Positions 8,910-17,525 of a stretch of 32,512 bases of DNA are shown piece by piece. The DNA comes from a virus (Duplodnaviria; Caudoviricetes): positions 1-32,512 of IMG/VR virus record IMGVR_UViG_3300012942_000098; one strand, given 5' to 3'. Position numbers and translations under genes: made by a program. Numbering within the stretch: the stretch's first letter is position 1; every line of letters starts with the position of its first letter. The notes under the pieces were generated by a model. The model was not told the DNA's origin. It did no database searches and saw only the letters and a program-made list of their open reading frames with translations.

Positions 8910-9475
8910 CGCCGCGCCTTGGCGTTGCCGCCATATTCCTTGATCTTCTCCAGGCGCCCCTCCCCGCTGCCGGCGCCAGCCGTCATCGCGACACGGCCGC
9001 CGCGCTTCCGCATCATCGGTGCCGGAAGACCCGTTGCCGGGGCGCCGGGAGGCACAGCGGGCAGTCCTACAGGACCAGGAGCCGGCGGGGGCGCCGGAAC
9101 AGCCGCCGGAGGCATTACGGGCGCTGGTGAGGCTCCATGACCGGCGACGATGACGTTGACCGTCGTGCCCCTGGACTTCTTCACCCGGCCGCCATCGGCA
9201 TAAGCAGGCCGATCATTGCGCTTGCGGGATTTCTCGCCCGGCACAACATCGCCGATAACGCGCCCGATGGTGCCCTTGGTTTTGCCCGGCGGATTGCCGT
9301 AGCCGGAGGCATAGATGGTCGGATCGGGCGTGCGCTCGCCATCGGGGCCAGGGCCAGTCTTGCCGGCGCCGTAATCCTCGCGCTCATCGGCGGTCGAAAT
9401 CTTAACACCCATATTGCGAGCCTTGGAGGCGCGCGATTCCTTCGCCTCGTCGCGAAGAGAGGACATGTCCGACAT
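8906..9475 (-). CDS. Hypothetical basic/Pro-rich protein with GGRV motifs
   Basis: ATG 9475 with AAGGA SD; YADGGRV, RKRGGRV and GAGSGEGRLEK. Confidence 0.65.
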   Translation of the reverse strand: MSDMSSLRDEAKESRASKARNMGVKISTADEREDYGAGKTGPGPDGERTPDPTIYASGYGNPPGKTKGTIGRVIGDVVPGEKSRKRNDRPAYADGGRVKKSRGTTVNVIVAGHGASPAPVMPPAAVPAPPPAPGPVGLPAVPPGAPATGLPAPMMRKRGGRVAMTAGAGSGEGRLEKIKEYGGNAKARR

Positions 9476-9501
9476 GGTGGTGATCCTTATTGGTCGCGGC
9501 C

Positions 9502-11682
9502 TCAAGCGCCGGACGGGATGGAGGGCTCGGCCATGCGTGCCGCGCGATCCTCGGCGTTGTCCTGATGGTCGATCATGGTCTCTTGGAGATGCAGTTCGGC
9601 GATCTTGAGCCGGTTTTCGCGCTCGGCTGCCTGGTCGGCGCTTTCGTTCTGCTGAAGCTTCAGCTTGACGATATTGTCCTGCTGCTGCGCTTCGCGCTTG
9701 GACTGTTCGGCTTGAGCCTTGGCCGCGAGCTCCATGAGCTGCGGATTGGGCGGCTGTCCCTGCTGCGGCGGCATGAGCAGGCTATCCACATCCTCGACGC
9801 CGATCATGCGCGCCGCCCGGACGGCAATCTCCCGGCTATTGAAGACGCCCTGATAGGCCTTGTCGAGCTGCACCATCGCCATGCCCTTCATGATTCGGTG
9901 CAGATGGCTTGGCGTGTTCGGATCGGCCTTCGGGACGATCGCGGCATTATCGAGCGCGGTGAGAAACGCCCGCTCGTCCCAATCCATCGACCCCTTGCGC
10001 TTTACAGCCGTGATGAAACCTTGCGGGTTTTCCCGGAAGCATTCTTTCAGCAGCGCGAACTCTTCGGCCTGGGCCGCGTGCAGGCGCTTGTGGACCGCGC
10101 CCTCAATCTTGGTCGCCTGTTCGATCAGGGCGAGCGTGGTGCCGACCGGCGCGTTTTGTTGGCCCTCGCCGACGTTCATCTCCGCCGTGCCACCGAGGCG
10201 GCCGGCCATGTCCGAAATACCGGCCTGGAAATTGACGAAACCTTGATCTGGCTGTTTATAGGGCAGCGGCATGACTGCATCGCCGAGCTTCGCCTGCCCG
10301 ACATCGATTCCGACGCCGCCGCCGGGAGGCACCCGAAACTCATTCGTGTTCTGGCGTCCCAGCCCCTTGGCGTAAATGAATCCGGGGAAGCTCGCGAACA
10401 TATAGGCGTCCAGCGTTTCCCGCCATGCCGCCGTCAGCGCGTTGGTCGTGTTCCCGAGGATGTGAACGAGTCCTATGTCATAGAACCCGAAGCCGGGGAC
10501 GAATGAATATTTGACGAAGGGAAGCTTGCGCAGTTTGCGCTCGTCATTGCGATCCCAGCCGCGGCGGATTTCCAGAACAACGCGCGAGTCCTTTTCGATC
10601 ACCACGCGGTACGGCAGCGCAAGGCCAGTTGCGTTGCCGGCCTTGTCCTTATCCTCGAATCCCTTGATGTTCAGTTCGCAGTAGCACTCATAGATCGTGT
10701 ATTCGCGATCTTCGGCCTGAAACTGGTCGGGATTGATGCCCTGAAGCTGGGAAATTTCCTGATTGACAGGATTGGTGTTCGGCGGATTGGGCGTCGACAG
10801 TTCGACATCACGATAGGCGCCGACCATCTGCATGCGCTTTAGCGTCGTTGGCTGCATCATGATCTGATGCGTGACGCGCGGCGAGTTGCGCATGTCGGTC
10901 GAGGCATTGGAGACGATAAGGTCTTTCGCATCGACGCTTTCCGACACCGCGCGCTGGCGGATCGGACAGTTATAGACCTTCTTGAACGAGCAGCCCCGAA
11001 ACCCTGTCCCGAAAAGCGCACGGTCCGTGTCGGGATAATACTCGCTGGCGACCGTGGTCAGGAAATAGTTGCAATCATCCTCGAATGCCTGCGCAACCGC
11101 GTCGAGCTTGCCGGTCTCGTCAAGCTTGTCTTCGACCTTCACCGGCCCTTCCGCCGGCAAAAGCTCGCCGCGCGCGTTGGCCTGGAACCGCAGGCAGGAC
11201 TCCAGCATGAGCGGATGCCGGACGGTGGACTGTCCGGCAACGGCGGTTGACGCATCAGCGCCGGCGGATTCAGGCCTTTCGATCTTGAGCCCAAGGAGCC
11301 GAATGCCTTCTGCCCCGATGTCCATCCATTCCTGGCGCGACTGGATATCGGCTTCGATACCGCGCAGTTGTTCGTCGCTGATGCGCGCGAGTTCGGCATC
11401 GTCAAGCACGAGCGCCAGATTGGCATTGAAGTCTTTGCCATCCTCCGTCCCGGTATCGAGGGAGGGTGAAATATCGACCTCAACGCTGCCATCATCGAGT
11501 GTCGTCTCGATCGCGCCGGTCGCCGGGTCGAGACGCACCGAATCCGGCGCCTGATCCGAGATAATCTCGACCTCAACCTCTTCCTGTGGTGGTGGTGCTG
11601 GCTGATCAAGCCGCAGGGCACGTTCGGACAACAGTCCCGGCGGCATCATCAGAGCGGGCCTGTCATTGCGCGAAGATGCCAT
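9502..11682 (-). CDS. Portal protein (P22-like long portal)
   Basis: 726 aa downstream of TerL: DFNANLA, SRQEW...GIRLLGL, HPLMLESCLRFQANARGELLP, SFKKVY, PGFGFYDIGL and NAPVGTTLALIEQ; Gln-rich coiled-coil C-terminus. Confidence 0.88.
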   Translation of the reverse strand: MASSRNDRPALMMPPGLLSERALRLDQPAPPPQEEVEVEIISDQAPDSVRLDPATGAIETTLDDGSVEVDISPSLDTGTEDGKDFNANLALVLDDAELARISDEQLRGIEADIQSRQEWMDIGAEGIRLLGLKIERPESAGADASTAVAGQSTVRHPLMLESCLRFQANARGELLPAEGPVKVEDKLDETGKLDAVAQAFEDDCNYFLTTVASEYYPDTDRALFGTGFRGCSFKKVYNCPIRQRAVSESVDAKDLIVSNASTDMRNSPRVTHQIMMQPTTLKRMQMVGAYRDVELSTPNPPNTNPVNQEISQLQGINPDQFQAEDREYTIYECYCELNIKGFEDKDKAGNATGLALPYRVVIEKDSRVVLEIRRGWDRNDERKLRKLPFVKYSFVPGFGFYDIGLVHILGNTTNALTAAWRETLDAYMFASFPGFIYAKGLGRQNTNEFRVPPGGGVGIDVGQAKLGDAVMPLPYKQPDQGFVNFQAGISDMAGRLGGTAEMNVGEGQQNAPVGTTLALIEQATKIEGAVHKRLHAAQAEEFALLKECFRENPQGFITAVKRKGSMDWDERAFLTALDNAAIVPKADPNTPSHLHRIMKGMAMVQLDKAYQGVFNSREIAVRAARMIGVEDVDSLLMPPQQGQPPNPQLMELAAKAQAEQSKREAQQQDNIVKLKLQQNESADQAAERENRLKIAELHLQETMIDHQDNAEDRAARMAEPSIPSGA

Positions 11683-11894
11683 CAGCGAACTCGCTTTGCC
11701 TCTATAGCCGTCGCGTAGGTCTCCGGGCGCCGCTGCCAGCAGAGCGGAACGATGCCTTCGATCTGCCCCTCAGCGCGGTCGAAAATCTTCGCGATGGTCG
11801 CATTGGCATTGCGCATGGATTCACCTCGGGTCGGGCGGTCAAAGACAACCCAAGCTCCTCGCTTGAACGAGTAGCAGGCGACAGGAACAGCCAT
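11682..11894 (-). CDS. Hypothetical protein
   Basis: 70 aa, TGATG-coupled to the portal start. Confidence 0.45.
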   Translation of the reverse strand: MAVPVACYSFKRGAWVVFDRPTRGESMRNANATIAKIFDRAEGQIEGIVPLCWQRRPETYATAIEAKRVR

Positions 11895-11937
11895 GTGGAA
11901 TTGCTCTAGATGCGGGCTTGGGCGTGTTGGGCGTCGA

Positions 11938-13563
11938 TCACACCGGATAGAGCGGCTTCGACGATGCGGGCTTGTACGCTAGGCGCGTGCCAAGTTCGCT
12001 CGCCATTTCCGAGCCGTGCAACAGCAAGCCGCCGTCGCGAAGGTGCCGCAGCCCATCGACGAGGCAATCGACCAGATCGTCGTGCGCCGCCTTGGGAAAC
12101 GACTCCGCCTCGGTAATCACCATCTCCGCCCATTCCTTGTCGGGAGCGAAGACCATCTCGTCGGCGAAGATATGCGCCACCGAATGCGCCCGCGCCGTCT
12201 TGTCCTGGCGTCCGGGATCGTAAAGATCAACGATCCATCCGCTTCCGGCATGAAGCCGGTTGAGTTCCTGCGCCACCGATATTCCGGCCGCCTTGGCCTC
12301 GATCCGCAGCCGCTCCACCTTGTAGCGCCGGCATGTGTACGCGACCTTCTCGGCGAGCTCGTGGATCGGCAATCGGTCGCGCCATGCGGTGATGAGCATC
12401 ACCTTCGGCATGTCGTAAAGGTCTTGCCAGACGCCGAGCACAACCATGGCCGATGGATCGTTCTCCTGCCTTTCAGTGTAGGCGGTATCGAGCGAGGCGA
12501 CGATGTAATCGAAAGCCGGGAACTTCAGCGCCTTGGCCTGGTTCCCATCTTCGTCGATCACCGGCTCGCCACGCTTGTTGAACGCCGGCGCGACGCAATC
12601 GTATTTCGCCGCCTCGGTTTCGTCCCACACCCGCCACCAGGCACGCCGTAGGATGCCGCCGCCACGCGGTGCCGGCATCTGCTGATATTGCGAGGCATAG
12701 GCATACGGCCCCATCTGCTTTTTGAGGCCGTGCACCACATGAAGCGGAAACCGTTCCGGCCATGCCAGTTCGGCATCGCTCTCGCGCGGATCGGTCCAGC
12801 CGATGGAGGTCACATAGCGCCTGCCATCCCATTCCATGGGGATCATCAGATGCTCGTAATCGCCATTGGCGATGATTTCGCCGGAAACATCGGCCTCATG
12901 CACGCGCTGCATGATCACAACGACCGCGGATCGCTCCATGTCGTTGAGGCGGTTGGACATGGCCTCCTTGAACCAGCGCACCGTCTCCTGACGCACCGCC
13001 TCGGATTCGGACTCCTTGACGGAATGCGGATCGTCCAGCAGCACGCGGTCTCCGCGCTCGCCGGTGCCCACGCCCCCAATCGAGGTCGCCAGTTTCCAGC
13101 CCATCTTATCATTGGAGACCAGCGTTTCGCCCTGCTTGCGCAAGGCGAACCGATCGCCCCAATCGGCGATGAAATCCGGGTGTCGGATCAAATCGAGGAA
13201 GCGGCGATTGTCTCGTTCGGTCAGTTGTGCCGCATACGAGAACGCCACATACCGCAGATGCGGCGCGCGAAACGCGGTCCACTCCCACGCGGGCCAAAAC
13301 ACGTCCGTCAGCAGCGATTTCATGAACCCCGGCGGCACATTGATCAGCAGACGGGTAATGTCTCCGGCGCTGATCGCCTCCAGATGCTCGCACACCGCAT
13401 CGAGACACCAGCCGTCAACAAACTCCGTGCTCGGCTCCAGAATGTGCCAGTACCGCTCGACGAAGAACTTCAGGCTCCGCTCGCAGCGAACCTTGTCAAT
13501 CTCCCGGATCGTCTCCCGAGGGTTCTGGAGAAATGGCACCAGCGATGGATCGAAGCTGCTCAA
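11938..13563 (-). CDS. terL: Terminase large subunit
   Basis: Walker A LLINVPPGFMKS, GTGERGD, Walker B VLLDDP, IMQR motif, YQQMP, nuclease SLDTA...NDPSA and HDDLVD; TTG start with GAGGA SD. Confidence 0.95.
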   Translation of the reverse strand: MSSFDPSLVPFLQNPRETIREIDKVRCERSLKFFVERYWHILEPSTEFVDGWCLDAVCEHLEAISAGDITRLLINVPPGFMKSLLTDVFWPAWEWTAFRAPHLRYVAFSYAAQLTERDNRRFLDLIRHPDFIADWGDRFALRKQGETLVSNDKMGWKLATSIGGVGTGERGDRVLLDDPHSVKESESEAVRQETVRWFKEAMSNRLNDMERSAVVVIMQRVHEADVSGEIIANGDYEHLMIPMEWDGRRYVTSIGWTDPRESDAELAWPERFPLHVVHGLKKQMGPYAYASQYQQMPAPRGGGILRRAWWRVWDETEAAKYDCVAPAFNKRGEPVIDEDGNQAKALKFPAFDYIVASLDTAYTERQENDPSAMVVLGVWQDLYDMPKVMLITAWRDRLPIHELAEKVAYTCRRYKVERLRIEAKAAGISVAQELNRLHAGSGWIVDLYDPGRQDKTARAHSVAHIFADEMVFAPDKEWAEMVITEAESFPKAAHDDLVDCLVDGLRHLRDGGLLLHGSEMASELGTRLAYKPASSKPLYPV

Positions 13564-14005
13564 GCTGTTCCTCGGTCAGGCTGCGGAGAGCATCGGCATC
13601 AAATGAGGACTTCACCGTCCCAGAGAGCTCCACTTCGCGCTTTTCGCGCCAGTCCTCTGGGCCAGCGTTCTTGAGCGCAAAGATCGTGGACGTAACAACG
13701 GGACCTTGGTCTGCCGAGAGCAACCGGCGCTCTAGGAAAAGCTGCCGCTTTACCTGAGCCAGCCTTATAGTGTCCGCAAACTCTGGGTGCCGCTCGACCC
13801 ATTCATATACGCGCTGACGATGGATATTGAGGTCGGCAGCGGCGGCGGCGAGAGAGAGCCCAGCCTCCATCCGCTCAAGAATCTGCTCTCCCAGCTCCGG
13901 CGTAAAGTCAGTTGGGCGCCCGCCGAGATGACGCGGCTCCTTTCCGACCATCCGATCCGCCGCGTCTTGGATTTCCTCGCCGGTGATCTGGGGCTTGCGT
14001 GGCAT
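13496..14005 (-). CDS. terS: Terminase small subunit
   Basis: GGRPTDFTPEL...HTH...VYEWVERHPEF...IFALKNAGPEDWREKREVELSG; directly upstream of TerL and overlapping it. Confidence 0.85.
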   Translation of the reverse strand: MPRKPQITGEEIQDAADRMVGKEPRHLGGRPTDFTPELGEQILERMEAGLSLAAAAADLNIHRQRVYEWVERHPEFADTIRLAQVKRQLFLERRLLSADQGPVVTSTIFALKNAGPEDWREKREVELSGTVKSSFDADALRSLTEEQLEQLRSIAGAISPEPSGDDPGD

Positions 14006-14009
14006 CGTC

Positions 14010-14138
14010 TCAATCCAACCTATCGCCGCTCACCCATATCGCCACGAGCGCGGCAAGAATGATCGCGCCGATAATCAGCGTGGCGAGAGATATGGCGGTG
14101 GCCTGAGATGAGGATCGGCGGACGAAGACCTCAGGCAC
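14010..14138 (-). CDS. Possible 42-aa single-pass membrane peptide
   Basis: GTG start; MPEVFVRRSSSQATAISLATLIIGAIILAALVAIWVSGDRLD*; ends 4 nt before terS; no clear SD. Confidence 0.3.
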   Translation of the reverse strand: MPEVFVRRSSSQATAISLATLIIGAIILAALVAIWVSGDRLD

Positions 14139-14168
14139 GAAGCCATCTTGCGAACATCGCCGCCGAAC

Positions 14169-14244
14169 TGGTTGCGGAGCACGGAGTTGAACCGGCTAAA
14201 TCCGGGATATGAGCCCGGTGAGCGCACTGGCGCTCTTCTCCGCC
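14169..14244 (-). tRNA. tRNA-Met(CAT), initiator-like, degenerate
   Basis: GGCGGAG AA GAGC-GCCAGTGC-GCTC A CCGGG-CTCATAT-CCCGG ATTTA GCCGG-TTCAACT-CCGTG CTCCGCA A CCA (76 nt, encoded CCA); 1:72 mismatch and three G-C pairs in the anticodon stem, as in tRNA-fMet. Confidence 0.75.
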
Positions 14245-14389
14245 GAAACGAAATGGCCCAATGGTGGAGCAGAATTTTGGGCGCAGAAACCACCGCGCCG
14301 ACCTGCATGGGATCGGCCGGGGAGCGCCGGCGGTCGCCCGCGAACAGAACACGCATCTCGTCCAAGGCGGAAACATAAGGTGATTTGCT

Positions 14390-14941
14390 TCAGGCCGCAA
14401 GCACCGTTAGATCGTCTGGGTTGGTAAATTCCACAGGAGTTTCAGCTCCGGCGAAATCGGCCGCAGCGAGCACCGTCCCTCGCGCCGTAATCTTGCGGAC
14501 CATTGCGACGATGCCGGTGATACGGTTCTCGACCTGGCTCCCCGGCCGAAAACGCTCCTTGAGCGCCAAATTCCGCTCGCCGGTTAACCGGCCTCGGCGT
14601 TCGGCCCGCGCTTCGTGCGTGTCGAATTGCATGGCCCGCTGTGCTCGCATCAGAGCAGCAACATGCTGCCGGGCGAGTTGGTAGGGCTGACCATCGACGC
14701 AAAGGACGCCGCGGACGCCCTGGCATTCCCGCAGCGCGAAGAAATTGGGCATCTCGACAAAGCGGAGGAACACATAGCCAGTCAGCGCAACTCTCCGCTG
14801 CAATTCTGGCCGCTTGGTCCTATGGTGCCGGTAGCAGCGCACCATTTTCGGGAGATAAGCCCGGAAGCCCGCTCGCCTAATTTCGGCGACGGCCTTTGCC
14901 TCGCAATTCGGATTGGTCTGGACGATGTACCAGCAGTCCAT
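14390..14941 (-). CDS. NusG/RfaH-family transcription antiterminator (likely late-gene regulator)
   Basis: WYIVQTNPNCEAKA...GFRAYLP...LTGYVFLRF...CQGVRGVL (NGN domain) and FRPGSQV (KOW-like); sits in the position of lambda Q, upstream of the terminase genes. Confidence 0.88.
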   Translation of the reverse strand: MDCWYIVQTNPNCEAKAVAEIRRAGFRAYLPKMVRCYRHHRTKRPELQRRVALTGYVFLRFVEMPNFFALRECQGVRGVLCVDGQPYQLARQHVAALMRAQRAMQFDTHEARAERRGRLTGERNLALKERFRPGSQVENRITGIVAMVRKITARGTVLAAADFAGAETPVEFTNPDDLTVLAA

Positions 14942-15070
14942 GTTTAGCCCCTGCTCTATCGGGGCAAATAACATCAGCCCCATCGGTTGATACCGTGAGG
15001 CTGGTCAGAACAGCGGCGGGACGGCCCTTTGTGCGCTGATTTGGGGTTGGGGAGCCAGCGAAAAATAATC

Positions 15071-15172
15071 GCGTCCACATATGTGGGCGCCCCCACAAAA
15101 TCAATATTTTGTCGTCCAGCGTCATTTTGTCTCCATTTTCCGCTTGCTTTATGCTGTCTGACCACATATACC
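15071..15172. promoter_or_regulatory. AT-rich divergent promoter region with palindromic operator candidates
   Basis: Palindrome GCGTCCACAT/ATGTGGGCGC (15071-15090); inverted repeat ACAAAAT-N4-ATTTTGT (15095-15112); TTGCTT (15144) 17 nt from TATACC with an imperfect palindrome between them; CCACATAT occurs twice. Confidence 0.5.
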
Positions 15173-15200
15173 AAAGATCGTTGGGCACGGGAGAGAGCAA

Positions 15201-15518
15201 ATGGAACTGAGCTACTGGTCGAAAGGCAACATCGAGCGCATCTATTTCAATGGTGCCGAGGGCTATTTCGAGCGTCGGTTGGCGCGCGCCTATAGCGGAG
15301 AGGCCAACTCGTTCGCGTGTACAGTTCCGGCAGAGATTTTTGAAAAAGTCGTCGCCTTCACGCTCGGCACTCTCAATCGCGATGATGAGAACATCTTTTT
15401 CTCGCTTCGTGGTCATGCGTCGAATTTTCAGCCAGAAGGACTGAGCGCCCGTAGCACCAAAGAAAAACGCGTCGAGCAGAAGGCCCGCGTTGCTGCTTTC
15501 ATCAAGGCTTTCGGCTAA
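15201..15518 (+). CDS. Hypothetical protein (moron gene 1)
   Basis: 105 aa, GGAGAG SD, TAATG-coupled to the next gene; WSKGNIERIYFNG. Confidence 0.75.
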   Translation: MELSYWSKGNIERIYFNGAEGYFERRLARAYSGEANSFACTVPAEIFEKVVAFTLGTLNRDDENIFFSLRGHASNFQPEGLSARSTKEKRVEQKARVAAFIKAFG

Positions 15519-15820
15519 TGGCCTACTCGCTCAAGACCTTCACCACGAAGACCGGCGAGCGCCGGGTTTATGTTGGCGGCACGACGCGCCAGGCGGTCTA
15601 TCTGGTGGCCGCATCGAACGGCAGCGGCGAACTCCGCTGGTCGAGCCGGGGAAACGACACGCCGCCGAAATTCCGCCGGGGCGACCATTACGGCAAGCTC
15701 AATAAGGACGAGACGGCGGCGCGTGCTGTTTGCGAAGCGTTCGGCCTCGAGCTCGGCAAAGTCGGAGATTTCGAGCGCGCTTGGCAGTTGGCGCTCGACG
15801 GCATTGAGAAGGAGATGTGA
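15518..15820 (+). CDS. Hypothetical protein (moron gene 2)
   Basis: 100 aa, coupled start, high-GC3 codon usage; KTGERRVYVGG. Confidence 0.75.
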   Translation: MAYSLKTFTTKTGERRVYVGGTTRQAVYLVAASNGSGELRWSSRGNDTPPKFRRGDHYGKLNKDETAARAVCEAFGLELGKVGDFERAWQLALDGIEKEM

Positions 15821-15823
15821 GAA

Positions 15824-16216
15824 ATGGACTTCTTCGTCGGCGTTTCCGCGGCGAAAAAGGCCGACCGCCCCGGTTATCTCGCCAAGCTGTCGATCGGTGC
15901 GAATGGCAGCCTCGACCGCGCCTTTGCGGAGCGCAGCAAGAGCAAAAAGGGCGGCAGCACGCATCACTGGTCGCTTGTCCTTCGGCCCGGCGAGGCGGCG
16001 GAATGCCGGCATTCGCACTGGGACGGGCAACGTTTCGTCGGCGGCACAAAATGGCTCATCAACGACGGCAACCAGGTGCGGATGGTCGGTCGCGACGAGG
16101 CGATGGAGTTCCTGCGACATCCTCGCCTAGGCGAGGGGGCAACGGCGCTCGCCGAGCAAATCCTGCCCTTTTCCATTCAGATTTTTCCGGAGGACGAAAA
16201 TGACAATGACCAATGA
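15824..16216 (+). CDS. Hypothetical protein (moron gene 3)
   Basis: 130 aa starting 3 nt after the previous stop; overlaps the next gene. Confidence 0.7.
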   Translation: MDFFVGVSAAKKADRPGYLAKLSIGANGSLDRAFAERSKSKKGGSTHHWSLVLRPGEAAECRHSHWDGQRFVGGTKWLINDGNQVRMVGRDEAMEFLRHPRLGEGATALAEQILPFSIQIFPEDENDNDQ

Positions 16217-16670
16217 ACAGTTCGATCAGTTCGTGCTGCGCCGCTTTGGCGGCAACACCAATGCGGCGGCAACCGAGCTCGAAATCCATCGCGATACGGT
16301 TCTGGCGCTCCGCACTGGCAAGACGCGCAAGGGTTCCGATTATCCCGTCCCGCGCCACATCGAGCTCGCGGCCGGCGCAATTGACGCGATCCAACCGCCT
16401 GACGATCCGATGCTTGTAGAGGCTGCCGATTCTGAGGCAGAGCTCGAACTTTACAACGGTCACGGTTGGGTCGACTTCAGCGATGCCTGGTTCGGCCCCG
16501 ACAAGGACACGCTCGGTCGCTGGCGCCGGTTGCGACGCGAATGGCCGAGCGCCGCGAAAATCATCGCCGCCGCGGTGATGGGCTATCCGGTCCGCATAAA
16601 GGGGAAACCGGCGACGGCCGAGCGTGTCGAGCGCATCGGCGGAGACGCTTTCGTCAAGAGATTGCCATGA
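16200..16670 (+). CDS. HTH (XRE-like) domain protein (moron gene 4)
   Basis: MTNEQF...NTNAAATELEIHRDTVLALRTG...PVPRHIELAAGAI is an HTH-like N-terminus; GGAGG SD; extra C-terminal domain. Confidence 0.7.
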   Translation: MTMTNEQFDQFVLRRFGGNTNAAATELEIHRDTVLALRTGKTRKGSDYPVPRHIELAAGAIDAIQPPDDPMLVEAADSEAELELYNGHGWVDFSDAWFGPDKDTLGRWRRLRREWPSAAKIIAAAVMGYPVRIKGKPATAERVERIGGDAFVKRLP

Positions 16671-16930
16671 CCCACTATTCAATCGAGCAATTTGCTGCGC
16701 TTTGTGCGTTCAACGGCGTCTCTCCAAGCGAGGCACCGATCGGCTGGCGCCCCGCGCCGAATGAATGGTGTGTGGCGCCCTGGGACCGCGTCATTGAGGC
16801 CGCAAACAAAGGCGGCGATGCCAGCGACCTATTTCACACATTTCGCAATCATCTCCCGGGCCATCGAACTATCGAGCCGGCTACCCTCTCGGCATATGAC
16901 AGGGTTCGAAAAGCTCTCTCTGAGTTCTGA
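16667..16930 (+). CDS. Hypothetical protein (moron gene 5)
   Basis: 87 aa (MTHYSIEQFAALCAFNG...), ATGA-coupled to the HTH gene and followed by a terminator. Confidence 0.7.
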   Translation: MTHYSIEQFAALCAFNGVSPSEAPIGWRPAPNEWCVAPWDRVIEAANKGGDASDLFHTFRNHLPGHRTIEPATLSAYDRVRKALSEF

Positions 16931-16963
16931 GCGGCCCTCGCTTCGGCGGCGGCTTTTCATTTC
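16931..16963 (+). terminator. Rho-independent terminator of the inverted moron
   Basis: GCCCTCGC-TTCG-GCGGCGGC hairpin followed by TTTTCATTT directly after stop 16930. Confidence 0.6.
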
Positions 16964-17003
16964 AGCCGTACGGATGTGGGGGCGCATGGCAAGATCAGTC
17001 GCA

Positions 17004-17273
17004 TCATGCCTCAGCTTCCGTCAAATCGACCGTCCGGAGCAGAAGATTTGCAGCGGTCAACATCTCAATTGCCACATCGGCCGGCTGCTCTCCGGCCGCT
17101 CTTTTGATCTCGTGAACAGCGCGCATAATGGCAGCCCGAGGCGACCGAAAGCATGCACCGTCGAAATGACAAAACCCATCTGCCATGCAAAATCCGCCCG
17201 CGTGCTGGCACTTGATCGCCGCAGCGGCAAACTTCTCAGGGTCGTCAGAGGACAGCCACGCTTCCCGGCTCAC
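17004..17273 (-). CDS. Hypothetical Cys-rich protein
   Basis: 89 aa, GTG start with GGGGAGG SD; CQHAGGFCMADGFCHFDGAC. Confidence 0.6.
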   Translation of the reverse strand: MSREAWLSSDDPEKFAAAAIKCQHAGGFCMADGFCHFDGACFRSPRAAIMRAVHEIKRAAGEQPADVAIEMLTAANLLLRTVDLTEAEA

Positions 17274-17525
17274 GCCACCTCCCCGAACAAATCCTGCGCC
17301 GCCCTACCCTTCCCCACGCACACTGCCTCACCATTCCTCCACCCACACTGCCTCACCATTCCTCCACCCACACCATGCAGTCTTCTTGCCGGTGAGAGGA
17401 TCGGTCGAGCCGAATGGAGCGCCTTCGTAGCCGCAGGTTTCGCAGGTGCTGATCATGGCACGAGGCGTGACGATCTCGCCGTCGCGCATGAAATCCGGGC
17501 CCGACCTGCGGAGAACGAACGGCAT
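17270..17525 (-). pseudogene. Small Cys-containing (CETC) protein frameshifted by a 25-bp tandem duplication
   Basis: TGATG-coupled start at 17525. As written it stops at 17328. Removing one 25-bp copy gives a 76-aa ORF ending ...GEAVCVGKGRAAQDLFGEVA* whose stop overlaps the next start (GTGA). Confidence 0.7.
17319..17368. repeat. Perfect 2 x 25-bp tandem repeat CACACTGCCTCACCATTCCTCCACC
   Basis: Copies at 17319-17343 and 17344-17368, followed by a further CACAC. Confidence 0.95.

Noticed and set aside
14877-15416. - strand 179-aa ORF across the promoter region
   Set aside because: It overlaps the better-supported + strand moron gene and the nusG-like start, and has no motifs.
17319-17373. 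25-bp repeats as a CRISPR array
   Set aside because: Only two directly adjacent copies, with no spacers and no cas genes.
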